Shown here piece by piece: positions 12,328 through 24,392 of a DNA stretch of 64,000 bases. Origin of the DNA: Macrostomum lignano (Eukaryota); contig NIVC01000517.1 of NCBI GenBank assembly GCA_002269645.1, positions 151,043 through 215,042 on the forward strand, written 5' to 3'. Both the position numbers and the translations under genes were made by a program. A model generated the notes under the pieces. It ran no database searches, had not been told where the DNA came from, and saw only the letters and a program-made list of their open reading frames with translations. How positions within the stretch are numbered: the stretch's first letter is position 1; every line of letters begins with the position of its first letter.

Positions 12328-13273
12328 GGGTCTATGAACTTTGCTTGTGAGAAGTTTGCTTGCCGAAGTTTGCTTGCAGGACTTTTGCTTGCCAAAGTCT
12401 GCTTGCCGAATTTTGCTTGTGGAATTTTGCTTGCCGAAGTCTGCTTGCCGAACTTTGCTTGCGGAATTTTGCCTGCCAAAGTTTGCTTGCCGAGCTTTGC
12501 TTGCCGAACTTTGCTTGCCAAATTTTGCTTGCAGGAAATTTGCTTACTGCACATAAGCTTGCCGAAGTTTGCTTGCAGGAAATTTGCTTGCCAAACTTTG
12601 CTTGCAGGAAATTTTCTTGTGAGGTTTGCCAGCCAAAGTTTTGCGGAACCTTAAAGAAACCTATTTTTTGAGCTCTTGTATTTCTAATTTTCATTTTCTA
12701 AGATTTGTGGAAGTCGCCTATAGTGTTATGATTTTGTATGAGGATATGGTGGATTATCAATTATATATATTTTATATACTAAAATATTATTAGTATATGC
12801 ATTATTATATATTAGCATCACTGCAATTATCATACCTGCTCAATCGTGCTGAAATCAGGAACTACAAAGATTTATACTGTTACCGATCCCTATCTTCTAC
12901 CTACACTAAATCTCTAAGCATTCTATATACTACATTCTTAGAATGAAACTCTATAAGCCTAGTTTGAAAGCTTTTATAGTGTCAAGTCAGTTTATGTCGA
13001 CCCTGATAAGAATCCACTTGCAAAGCATCTGGTAGTAAGTAATAATTGACTGACCAACTTTACAAGCAATCAAAACAAGCAAGCAAACAAGAAAATAATT
13101 CTGCAAGTTAAAACTTTGCAATTGTGTGATTGTAAATTTCTAGAAAGCAGACATCAAAATTTTGCAAGTGCAAAGTTTGGCAAGCAAAATTCCTGCAAGC
13201 AAAGCTTGGCAAGCAAAATTCCTGCAAGCAAAGTTCGGCAAGCAAACTTCCCGCAAGCAAACGTCGTGCTCCC
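12328..13273. mobile_element. Second foldback-type non-autonomous DNA transposon
   Basis: Left arm of TTTGCTTGCCGAA-type units (12328-12650), inverted right arm (13150-13273), both termini read GGG, exact 8-bp TSD ATATAAAT at 12320-12327 and 13274-13281. Confidence 0.8.
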
Positions 13274-13425
13274 ATATAAATGGAGCATTGAGTATTTGTT
13301 TATAAGTTATAAAATATTTTAAAATAACTCTTTATCATCATACCCAGCAGATAGGCTAGTCATGTTTGTTATATTGTTTGTGGTAAAGGTCTGCATATAC
13401 ACAAAGTAATATATTATATATTATA

Positions 13426-13990
13426 TCCTATATACTAAAAATGAAATGTGTGTCTCTGTGAGATGGATTTCAGAAAAAACGGCTTAACCGATTTTCTTCA
13501 AACTTGCACCATTCGATCAGAAATTTTCCTGGGATGGTACATGCATCTTGGCTAAGAAATTGCTCAATTTTAAAGGGATTAAATATTCGAAAAACATGCT
13601 TTTTTGCAAAGGTCAAGCAGCTCTTTCAACTTGAAAGGCATTGTAAAAATGCGAGAGAAAAAACTGACTGACTGAATTTCAATTGTGATAAAGATTGCAT
13701 CACAAAAAGTTGAAAACAGTGTCAAAGAAATGCACACACTACTTGATAGAAATTGCGTAACCATATTGCTAACTTAAATTGGGACTGATACTGGCTGACC
13801 GAGAAATTGATTATGTCATAACTTTTTACTCCAATTGACTTGCTGTAAGAATTGAATTTAAAGGGCCACAGTTCATGTTCTCAGATTAAAAAAAGAGATA
13901 GCCTAGATGCGAGCAGACTGGACTGCTAATGTAGTGACCTGGGTTCGAATCTTAGTAGAGCAACTAGCAATCTAGCGCCCCCTTCGGGGT
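13426..13990 (+). mobile_element. Non-autonomous Helitron-like element, copy 1, carrying a tRNA-like module
   Basis: 5' TCCTATATACTAAAAATGAAATGTGTGTCTCTGTG...AACCGATTTT...AAACTTGCACC resembles invertebrate Helitron/DINE-type 5' ends; diverged inverted copy at 19298-19889; GC hairpin GCCCCCTTCGGGG near 13977. The 3' limit is uncertain. Confidence 0.55.
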
Positions 13991-14189
13991 GGCCAATAAG
14001 CAAGGGACGAATCCTTTAAAATGAAAAAAAATTCTTAGGGAGGGGGGCTAGGAATCGAATTCTCATTTTAATTCCAGGCTTATGTACCAATAAAACATGC
14101 TTGTGCAGAATTTTATAACAGACATTGAAATTCAACCATACTTGCCTTCTTTCAGAGCTACTTCTACCAGTATGCTTCAGTACGCTACC

Positions 14190-15150
14190 AGTACCCTTGT
14201 AAGCCTTGACATGTCAGCAATCCCCCCCCCACAAGCCTTAACATATCAACTCCCCCCTTGACATCTCAGCGATGCTCCCATAAGCCTTGAAATCTTAAAA
14301 AATCTGTCTACTTTCTAACCCTAACCCTAACCCTAACCCTAACCCTAACCCTAAAGCATTGAAATTTCAGTAATTCTCTCTAAGAGTCATTATAGCACTA
14401 CTACAGCATTATAGCGATTCCCTGCAAGCCTCGACATCGTAGGGATTCCCAAATGAATCTCTTAACTTCGACATGAAGCTTCTTTTATTTTTTTACATTA
14501 CGCTTTTTCTATCAGCGATCCCTCCCGTGAGGAGCCAACAAATAATGTAATAACTTTTTTCCAATAAACTACATGTAGCTTCTGACATTAGCCTTGACAT
14601 CTCATTTATTCCCCCGTGAGCCTTGACATCTCAGCTATAGATAGATAGATAGATAGATTCCCCTCGTAAGCCTTGACATGTCAGCGATGCCCCCCATAAA
14701 CCTTGAAATCTAAAAAATCCCCTGTTAACCTTGAAACGCGCTAAAATCTAACCCTCAACCCAAACCTGACGTAAACCTAACTTTCACCCAACCTAAAGCC
14801 TTGAAATCTCAGCAATTCTTCTCCCCTAAGCCTTGGCATTTTAATGATTCCTTCTTTAAGAATCACAGCACTATAACGATTCCCTCCAAGCTTTGACATC
14901 GTAGCAATTCCCAAATGAATCTTTTAACTTTGACATGACTTTTATTTTATGTATACATAGTGCTCCTTTTATTTTTACATGACTCTTTTTCTATCAGCGC
15001 CCCCCCCACCGTGGCAAGCCAACAAAGAATGCAATAAAAAAACTTAAGTAAAGTACATGTACTTTGAAGTAGCTTCTGACTTTTGCTTTAACATCTCAGA
15101 AACCCCCCTGTAATCTCAGTTATTCTCTGTGAGCCTTGACGTCTCAGTGA
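14190..15150. repeat. Degenerate AAGCCTTGACATCTCAGC repeat block containing (CCCTAA)6 at ~14316-14353
   Basis: Repeated AGCCTTGACAT/GAAAT motifs with two related internal blocks; perfect telomere-type hexamers. Confidence 0.7.
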
Positions 15151-15209
15151 TTCTCCCCAGCACAGCACTATAGCTTCATTTAATTTTTATGACACTTGTT
15201 TCATGTCTG

Positions 15210-16370
15210 ACATGACGCTTCTTTTGATTTTTACGTTACGCTTCTTTTATTCTTCCATGATGCTTCTTAATTTTTTAAATGACACACTTTCATTAGTTTT
15301 TATATGAGGCTTCTATGATTTTTTCATGACGCTTCTATGTTAACATGACGCTTCTATGCTTGTTTACATGACGCTTTTATGATTGTTTACATGACGCTTT
15401 TATGATTGTTTACATGACGCTTCTATGCTTGTTTACATGACGCTTTTATGATTGTTTACATGACGCTTTTATGATTGTTTACATGACGCTTGTATGATTG
15501 TTTACATGACGCTTCTATGATTTTTTACATGACGCTTCTATGATTTTTACATGACGCTTCTGTGATTTTTACATGACGCTTCTATGATTTTTTCATGACG
15601 CTTCTATGATTTTTACATGACGCTTCTATTATTTTTACATGACGCTTCTATGATTTTTTACATGACGCTTCTATGATTGTTTACATGACGCTTCCATGAT
15701 TGTTTACATGACGCTTCTATGATTTTTTATGACGCTTTTATGATTTTAACATGACGCTTCTATGATTTTTTACATGACGCTTCTATGATTGTTTACATGA
15801 CGCTTGTATGATTGTTTACATGACGCTTCTTTGATTTTAACATGACGCTTCTATGATTGTTTACATGACGCTTCTATGATTTTTACATGACACTTCTATG
15901 ATTTTTACATGACGCTTCTATGATTTTTTCATGACGCTTCTATGATTTTTACATGACGCTTCTATGATTGTTTACATGACGCTTCTATGATTTTTTACAT
16001 GACGCTTCTATGATTGTTTACATGACGCTTCTATGTTTGTTTACATGACGCTTCTATGATTGTTTACATGACGCTTTTATGATTGTTTACATGACGCTTC
16101 TATGATTTTTTACATGACGCTTCTATGATTTTTACATGACGCTTCTATGATTGTTTGCATGACGCTTCTATGATTTTTTATGACGCTTTTATGATTTTAC
16201 ATGACACTTTTATGATTTTAACATGACGCTTCTATGATTGTTTACATGACGCTTCTATGATTTTTACATGACGCTTCTATGATTTTTACATGACGCTTCT
16301 ATGATTTTTACATGACGCTTCTATGATTGTTTACATGACGCTTGTATGATTGTTTACATGACGCTTCCAT
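15210..16370. repeat. ~22-23-bp minisatellite (ACATGACGCTTCTATGATT[G]TTT)
   Basis: Tandem units with a variable T-run. Confidence 0.95.
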
Positions 16371-16522
16371 AATTTTTTTTGTCTTGGCGTTAAAAAGCTT
16401 TAATTAAAAAAAACTCTACTCTCTAAAAATTCGAACCATCGTCCCTGCATTTAGCAGTTTAGTCTGTTTACCTCTAGGCTAGCTCTCATGAATTTTAGTC
16501 ATTACCCCTAAATAGAAAATAT

Positions 16523-16790
16523 TCCCAAGACAGCAAGCATCCCCCCAGTAGCAAGCATCCCCTAATACTCCTAGCAAGCATCCACCCAGATAGCAAGCAT
16601 CTGCAGATAGCAAGCATCTGCAGATAGCAAGCATCTTGCAGATAGCAAGCATCTTGCAGATAGCAAGCATACCCCAAATAATGTACGCTCGTAGAAGCAT
16701 CCTTCCAGATAGCAAGCATCCTGCACATAGCAAGAATCCCTAAATAGCAAGCATCCCTGGATAGAAATAATCCTATACATGTAGCCAAGC
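16523..16790. repeat. ~18-bp array (TAGCAAGCATCCCCCAGA); inverted partner of 21140-21690
   Basis: Outer end TCCCAAGACAGCAAGCATCCCCC is the reverse complement of 21668-21690. Confidence 0.85.
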
Positions 16791-19228
16791 TTATCAAGCG
16801 CAGTAATCCTTGGCTATCGAGTGCAGTAATCCTTGGTTTATTAATAGCAATAATCCATGGCTTATGAGTGCAGTAATCCTTGGTTTATTAATAGCAATAA
16901 TCCTTGGCTTATCGAGTGCAGTAATTCATGGTTTATTAATAGCAATAATCCTTGGCTTATCGAGTGCAGTAATCCTTGGTTTATTAATAGCAATAATCCT
17001 TGGCTTATCGAGTGCAGTAATCCTTGGTTTATTAATAGCAATAATCCTTGGCTTATCGAGTGCAGTAATCCTTGGTTTATTAATAGCAATAATCCTTGAT
17101 TAATCAAGTGCAGTAATCCTTGGTTTGCCAAGAGCAATAGTCCTTGGTTTATTGAGTGCAGTAATCCTTGGTTTATTAATAGCAATAATCCTTGGCTTAT
17201 CGAGTGCAGTAATCCTTGGTTTATTAATAGCAATAATCCTTGGTTTATCGAGTGCAGTAATCCTTGGTTTGCCAAGTGCATAATCCTTGGTTTATTAATA
17301 GCAATAATCCTTGGTTTATCGAGTGCAGTAATCCTTGGTTTATTAATAGCAATAATCCTTGGCTTATCGAGTGCAGTAATCCTTGGTTTATTAATAGCAA
17401 TAATCCTTGGCTTATCGAGTGCAGTAATCCTTGGTTTATTAATAGCAATAGTCCTTGGTTTATTGAGTGCAGTAATCCTTGGTTTATTAATAGCAATAAT
17501 CCTTGGCTTATCGAGTGCAGTAATCCTTGGTTTATTAATAGCAATAATCCTTGGCTTATCGAGTGCAGTAATCCTTGGTTTGCCAAGAGCAATAGTCCTT
17601 GGCTTATCGAGTGCAGTAATCCTTGGTTTGCCAAGAGCAATAGTTCTTGGTTTATTGAGTGCAGTAATCCTTGGTTTATTAATAGCAATAATCCTTGGCT
17701 TATCGAGTGCAGTAATCCTTGGTTTATTAATAGCAATAATCCTTGGCTTATCGAGTGCAGTAATCCTTGGTTTGCCAAGAGCAATAGTCCTTGGCTTATC
17801 GAGTGCAGTAATCCTTGGTTTGCCAAGAGCAATAGTCCTTGGTTTATTGAGTGCAGTAATCCTTGGTTTATTAATAGCAATAGTCCTTGGTTTATTGAGT
17901 GCAGTAATTTTTGGTTTATTAATAGCAATAATCCTTGGCTTATCGAGTGCAGTAATCCTTGGTTTGCCAAGTGCATAATCCTTGGTTTATTAATAGCAAT
18001 AATCCTTGGTTTATCGAGTGCAGTAATCCTTGGTTTATTAATAGCAATAATCCTTGGTTTATTAATAGCAATAATCCTTGGTTTATCGAGTGCAGTAATC
18101 CTTGGTTTATTAATAGCAATAATCCTTGGCTTATCGAGTGCAGTAATCCTTAGTTTGCCAAGAGCAATAGTTCTTGGTTTATTGAGTGCAGTAATCCTTG
18201 GTTTATTAATAGCAATAATCCTTGGCTTATCGAGTGCAGTAATCCTTGGTTTGCCAAGTGCATAATCCTTGGTTTATTAATAGCAATAATCCTTGGTTTA
18301 TCGAGTGCAGTAATCCTTGGTTTATTAATAGCAATAATCCTTGGTTTATTAATAGCAATAATCCTTGGCTTATCGAGTGCAGTAATCCTTGGTTTATTAA
18401 TAGCAATAATCCTTGGCTTATCGAGTGCAGTAATCCTTAGTTTGCCAAGAGCAATAGTTCTTGGTTTATTGAGTGCAGTAATCCTTGGTTTATTAATAGC
18501 AATAATCCTTGGCTTATCGAGTGCAGTAATCCTTGGTTTGCCAAGTGCATAATCCTTGGTTTATTAATAGCAATAATCCTTGGTTTATCGAGTGCAGTAA
18601 TCCTTGGTTTATTAATAGCAATAATCCTTGGTTTATCGAGTGCAGTAATCCTTGGTTTATTAATAGCAATAATCCTTGGCTTATCGAGTGCAGTAATCCT
18701 TGGTTTGCCAAGAGCAATAGTCCTTGGTTTATTGAGTGCAGTAATCCTTGGTTTATCGAGTGCAGTAATCCTTGGTTTATTAATAGCAATAGTCCTTGGT
18801 TTATTGAGTGCAGTAATTTTTGGTTTATTAATAGCAATAATCCTTGGCTTATCGAGTGCAGTAATCCTTGGTTTGCCAAGTGCATAATCCTTGGTTTATT
18901 AATAGCAATAATCCTTGGTTTATCGAGTGCAGTAATCCTTGGTTTATTAATAGCAATAATCCTTGGCTTATCGAGTGCAGTAATCCTTGGTTTATTAATA
19001 GCAATAATCCATGGCTTATCGAGTGCAGTAATCCTTGGTTTGCCAAGAGCAATAGTCCTTGGCTTATCGAGTGCAGTAATCCTTGGTTTGCCAAGAGCAA
19101 TAGTCCTTGGTTTATTGAGTGCAGTAATCCTTGGTTTATTATTAGCAATAATCCTTGGCTTATCGAGTGCAGTATTCCTTGGTTTGCCAAGAGCAATAAT
19201 CCTTAGCTTATCGAGTGCAGTAATCTAA
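16790..19228. repeat. 24/48-bp dimeric satellite with higher-order structure
   Basis: Alternating GAGTGCAGTAATCCTTGGTTTATT and AATAGCAATAATCCTTGGCTTATC; source of the 8/16-aa periodic ORFs. Confidence 0.95.
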
Positions 19229-19297
19229 GTGTTTTTATTTAGTCCTTTAATAAAAGCTTTTAATAAAAAATTTTACACTACTACTTTTAAACTACTT

Positions 19298-19889
19298 AGA
19301 TTCGAACCCAGGTCGCTGCATTAGCAGTCTGGTCTGCTCAGCTCTAGGCTAGCTCTCATCGAAGTTATCAGTGAATTTGTACGACGTATATAATTCAACA
19401 CTCACACCAAGTCAGGTAGAGTAAAAAGTCACGCGAAGCAGTTATGACATAATCAATTTCTTAGGCAAGTCAGTACCAGTGTCTATGAAAGCTAACAATA
19501 TGGTTACGTAATATAAATTCAGTACTGCACTATACTTTCACACTCAAAGCTGTGACGCAATTCAATTGAGTGTCAAATTCAGCCAGTACACAGACGATAA
19601 ATAAAGTGTATTGTGATGCAATCTATTTCAGAATCAGAATTCAACCAGTCAGTTTTTTCTCTAGCATTTTTACAGTGCGTTTCAAGTCGAAATAGCTGCT
19701 TGACCTTTGCAAAAAAGCATGTTTTTCGAATATTTAATCCCTTTAGCATCGAGCAATTTCTTAGCCACGATGCATGTACCGTCACGGAAAAATTTCTGAT
19801 CGAATGGTGCAAGTTCGAATAAAATCGGTTGAGCCATTTTTGCTAAAATCGATCACACACATACCAACAGACCATTTTTAGTATATGGA
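19298..19889 (-). mobile_element. Helitron-like element, copy 2 (inverted), with tRNA-like module at 19298-19357
   Basis: Reverse complement starts TCCATATACTAAAAATGG and is colinear with 13426-13951. Confidence 0.55.
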
Positions 19890-19929
19890 AAATAATTTTT
19901 TTGTTAAAACACCTTCAAAACACAAAATG

Positions 19930-21110
19930 CTAAACATAAAAGGGCCACCATGCCAAGCATATACGCGACTCCATGTCGAACATTAAAGAGCCACAATGTC
20001 AAAAATTAGAGAGCCACCATGTCAAACATCAAAGAGCCACCATGTCGAACATTAAAAGGCCACAATGTCAAACATTAAAGAGCCACCATGTCGAGCATAT
20101 TCGTGACTCCATGTCGAACATTAAAGAACCACCATGTCGAACATTAAAGGGCCACAATGTCAAAAATTAAAGAGCCACCATGTAAACATAATGGAGCCAC
20201 CATGTCAAACATTAAAGAGCCACCATGTCAAACATTAAAGTGTCATCGTGTCAAACATTAAAGAGCCACCATGTCAAACATTAAAGAGCCACTATGTTGA
20301 ATATTAAAGAGCCACTATGTCAAACAGTAAAGAGCCACCATGTCAAACATTAAAGAGCCACCATGTCAAACATTAAAGAGCCACCATTTCAAACATAAAA
20401 GAGCCACCATTTCAAACATAAAAGAGCCACCATGTCAAACATAAAAGAGCCACTATGTAAAACATATATGTGACTCTATATCAAACATATACGTGACTTC
20501 ATGTCGAACATTAAAGAGCCATCATGCCGAACATTTAAGAGCCACCATGTTGAACATTAAAGAGCCACTGTAAAACAAAAAAACATTTCGAACATTAAAG
20601 AGCTACCGTGTCAAACATTAAAGAGCCACCATGTCAAACATTAAAGTGCCATCGTGTCGAACATTAAAGAGCCACCATGTCAAACATTAAAGAGCCACCA
20701 TGTCAAACATTAAAGAGCCACCATTTTGAACATTAAAAAGTCATTATGTCAAACATTAAAGAGCCACTTTGTTGAATATTAAAGAGCCACTATGTCAAAC
20801 ATTAAGGAGCCACCATGTCAAACATTAGAGAGCCACCATGTCGAACATAAAGGAGCCGCCATGTCGAACATAAAAGAACCACCATGTAGAACATAAAAGA
20901 GCCACCATGTCGAACATAAAGGAGCCACTATGTCGAACATAAAAGAGCCACCATGTTGAAAATTAAAGAGCCAACCTGTAAAACATTTAAAAGATTCACC
21001 ATGTCAAACATATAAGTGACTTCATTTCAAACATAAAAGAGCCACCATGTCAAACATAAAAGATACACAATTTCAAACGTAAAAGTGAGCGAATTTTAAA
21101 GGAGCCACTA
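19930..21110. repeat. ~21-23-bp degenerate minisatellite (AAAGAGCCACCATGTCAAACATT)
   Basis: Tandem units read directly. Confidence 0.9.
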
Positions 21111-21139
21111 TAATGCTAAGGAAATTGTCGCACTAGCTA

Positions 21140-21690
21140 CTTATTGTCTGGTGGATGCTTGCTATTTGGGGATGCTATCTATCTGGGGGATGCTTGCTAT
21201 CTGAGGGATGCTTGCTATCTGGGGGATGCTTGCTATCTGGGGATGCTTGCTATCTGGGGGATGCTTGCTATCTGGGGGATGCTTGCTATCTGGGGGATGC
21301 TTGCTATCTGGGGGATGCTTGCAATCTGGGGGATGCTTGCTATCTGGGGGATGCTTGCTATCTGAGGGATGCTTGCTATCTGGGGATGCTTGCTATCTGA
21401 GGGATGCTTGCTATCTGGGGGATGCTTGCTATCTGGGGATGCTTGCTATCTGGGGGATGCTTGCTATCTGGGGGATGCTTTTGCTATCTGGGGGATGCTT
21501 GCTATCTGGGGGATGCTTGCTATCTGGGGGATGCTTGCTATCTGGGGGATGCTTGCTATCTGGGGGATGCTTGCTATCTGGGGATTCTTGCTATCTGGGG
21601 GATGCTTGCTATTTGGGTGATGCTTGCTATCTGGGGATGCTTGCTATCCGGGGGATGCTTGCAATCTGGGGGATGCTTGCTGTCTTGGGA
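21140..21690. repeat. 18-bp array (GGGGGATGCTTGCTATCT)
   Basis: Tandem units; inverted relative to 16523-16790. Confidence 0.92.
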
Positions 21691-24120
21691 TGATTTCTTT
21701 TTGCATTGCACTTCATTTGAGTAGTTTGTCTGTTTTCTTTGTGAAAGCTTTATTTGGCTATCTTCTTATTACTTGTAGAGAACAGAGATTCTATACGGAT
21801 GTCCCCCAACGGGGGGCGAAGATTGCTAGTATTAATCTAAAATTATTAACTATTTTTATATGTACATATGCAATGCATGGAATATGTATGCTAAAGTGTT
21901 TAAAGTATTAAAGATGTTTAAAAATAAAATATTGCAGTCAGGTGCAACTTGTAATATATTATCAAGTAAGTCAATATATCAGTTAAGTCATAGGCCTAAG
22001 TTAAGTAGGTCAACATCAATATTTTATTTCTAATTCTATTTCTAACTTTCTAACTTCTATATCTCTAACAGCTTAATTTTAAATAAATGTATCTGTAGAA
22101 GTGTAAACTGAAATATAGGCCTTATCAATATTGTGTCTAAAATGCCTATAGTCAAAGTCAAACTGCTTTAAGGGCTAAATAGACTACCAGACCAAATGGT
22201 CAGGGGACGATTATCCATGACCAAACTGGTTTAGGAACAAAACAGCCAGAATTCCTTGACACAGTCAGAATTTTCTTTTAATATTATGTACATGGTACAT
22301 AAGTAAATGACAGTCGCAAAGGCAAAAAAAACTTCATTTTTTCAATTTTATGATTTATATATGTAATGCAATATCATACTCATAGCTTGAAACTTTGGCA
22401 TAAGTAGGCCTAGCTAGGAGAGGAAAACTCAGACAAGTCAAAAAGGACTAGAAGCTGGTATAAGTATGATAATAATGATAAATTATGTTGATTGATAATA
22501 GGTGCATTGCATTGTACAGTGTGTGTTTTCATTCAAACTTGATGCTTAAAAATTAAGTTTTATCATTCCACTGTTTAAATTTCTTCGGCCAATCTTACAA
22601 GCATAAAGTTTAAAAAAACCTATAGAACTAATTTATAAATTAAAGTACACTATTGTTTTGAAAACATCCAAAATGTTTAGTTTAGTATGCACTAAAAATA
22701 AAAAGCGCAATCAGTTTTGATTTAACGGTTTGAAATATACCTTGTATAGTTTCTTAGAAATGCTGACCAAAAAAGCAGCTCCACCGCCGCAATCTGCCAT
22801 AAAAATGAATAAATGATTAAATGAAAAATGAAAAAATGATGAAAATGTAGCTGGCCTTGTCAAGGAGACGAAAGAGACTAGCATCTTGCAGAATTAGTTT
22901 AGCTAAGTTAATATTTAGTTTTATTTCTTAATTTAATGAGTAAAAAACCACAAAAGTAAAGTTGGGACATTTTTGCACTGGGCCTTTTTTGAACCCATTT
23001 TACTATCAAGGAAAGAATGTGAAAATGTAATAAAAATTGTCATGTATTCAATGACTATATTTTTAGTTCTTTAGGGACTAGTCACTAGACCTAATGAAAG
23101 TGTTTCATATAGGCCCTTTATAATTTTTTTATTTTATTTAATGCATTTAATTTACTAGGCCTAGGTCTTACATAATAGTATTTGATAAATCAATGTATTT
23201 TATATATAAAACTATAAACACTTTTTAAACACAGTTTAAATATATATATTTATTATATTACCCATGGCCACCATAATTAACCTATTGTTTATTGTGGACC
23301 ATTAGATTCTCAAAGTTATTAGCCTAAAATTAGTTGTTTTTTATCCCTCAAGCAAAATGTTTAAAGATTATGCTATGTTTGTTGATCAAAGAAAAAATAT
23401 AGGCTAGGGTCTATTGCAATTTGTTGTTTATTAGGCCTAATTACCGGGAATTTACTGCCCTAATATTATTAGATAAAGTTCAATTTTTGAGCTAAATACT
23501 GTAAATACATAAGATAGATTTGAGCTGAGGGTTGCATTGTGGACCCATAGTTTGGATTGTATATATTATTGTATATATTATTATATTGTATTATTGTATT
23601 GTTGAAGTCTATCATGATATGAAATCATGATTTCTGTCTGTTGTTTGTTGAAAAAGAGATTTAATAAACACAGTTTGTTAACTTTGTTATGTCATTAGCA
23701 ATGTCTATTTGTCTAAAGCAAAACTCTTCAAGCTAGCAATAGGCAGCACTTATCAAAATCATATTTGGCCCTACTCTTTACTCAGCTAGCTAACATTTAT
23801 GCTACCTTGCTTCCCCAATTTCCACTGGCAATATACACATTGGCATTGACCTTCTTTAAGCAAAACATTAAACATTGAATAATTAAATGAGAAAAACGAA
23901 AAAAATGCCAAACTCAATAGTATTATCTTTTTGATACAAATATGCTCATATAACCTCAATTTTCAAGATTGTTTCTTGCTTTCAATAGTGTCTATTCTGT
24001 TTTTTTTATCATCAAATCTGCTTCTGATTGTTTTGGTTCCACTTTCTGATAATTATGCCTCTATTGTTCCCTTGTTGCTTCTGTTTTTCTGATACCTCTT
24101 GCTTTTTTCTGTTGCAAAAG

Positions 24121-24392
24121 TTCCATTTAGGTGCAACAGCATGCTTCTAATCAAGTGTCTCCTTATAGTAGCATGTGGGCCAGTTGTAGAGTGCAAAACT
24201 GTAAGAGCCCAATCTTTAAGCTAGGGTGACTTTTGAGAACCATTTAGTGAAGTTCCTTCATTTGAATCACAAGATAGAGCTTTTGCATGCACTTTCCAGC
24301 TGCTTTAACAAATTACTTATACCCTAGCAGTCTAGCACAATATATAATCATGCTCATAAAACTTAGTAACATCTTTGTGGACTTTAGGCAAA
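24121..24392 (-). pseudogene. Heavily deaminated remnant of a DNA-transposon-type ORF
   Basis: Reads LPKVHKDVTKFYEHD/(frameshift)ARLLGYK*FVKAAGKCMQKLYLVIQMKELH*MVLKSHPSLKIGLLQFCTLQLAHMLL*GDT*LEACCCT; reverting CpG transitions gives KIGLSQFCTLRPAHVLLRGDTR, matching a FYE.D..R.PG.K.FV...QKR.L...KEL...HP..KIG.S.FC.LRP...CxC pattern I recall from invertebrate transposon proteins. Superfamily not assigned. Confidence 0.5.

Noticed and set aside
13894-13951. Functional tRNA-Ser gene
   Set aside because: No acceptor stem or long variable arm; three diverged copies embedded in repeats.
16810-19228. Long ORFs (up to 333 aa) such as NPWFINSN and ILGLLIAI
   Set aside because: Overlapping frames on both strands of a 24/48-bp satellite; artefacts of stop-free units.
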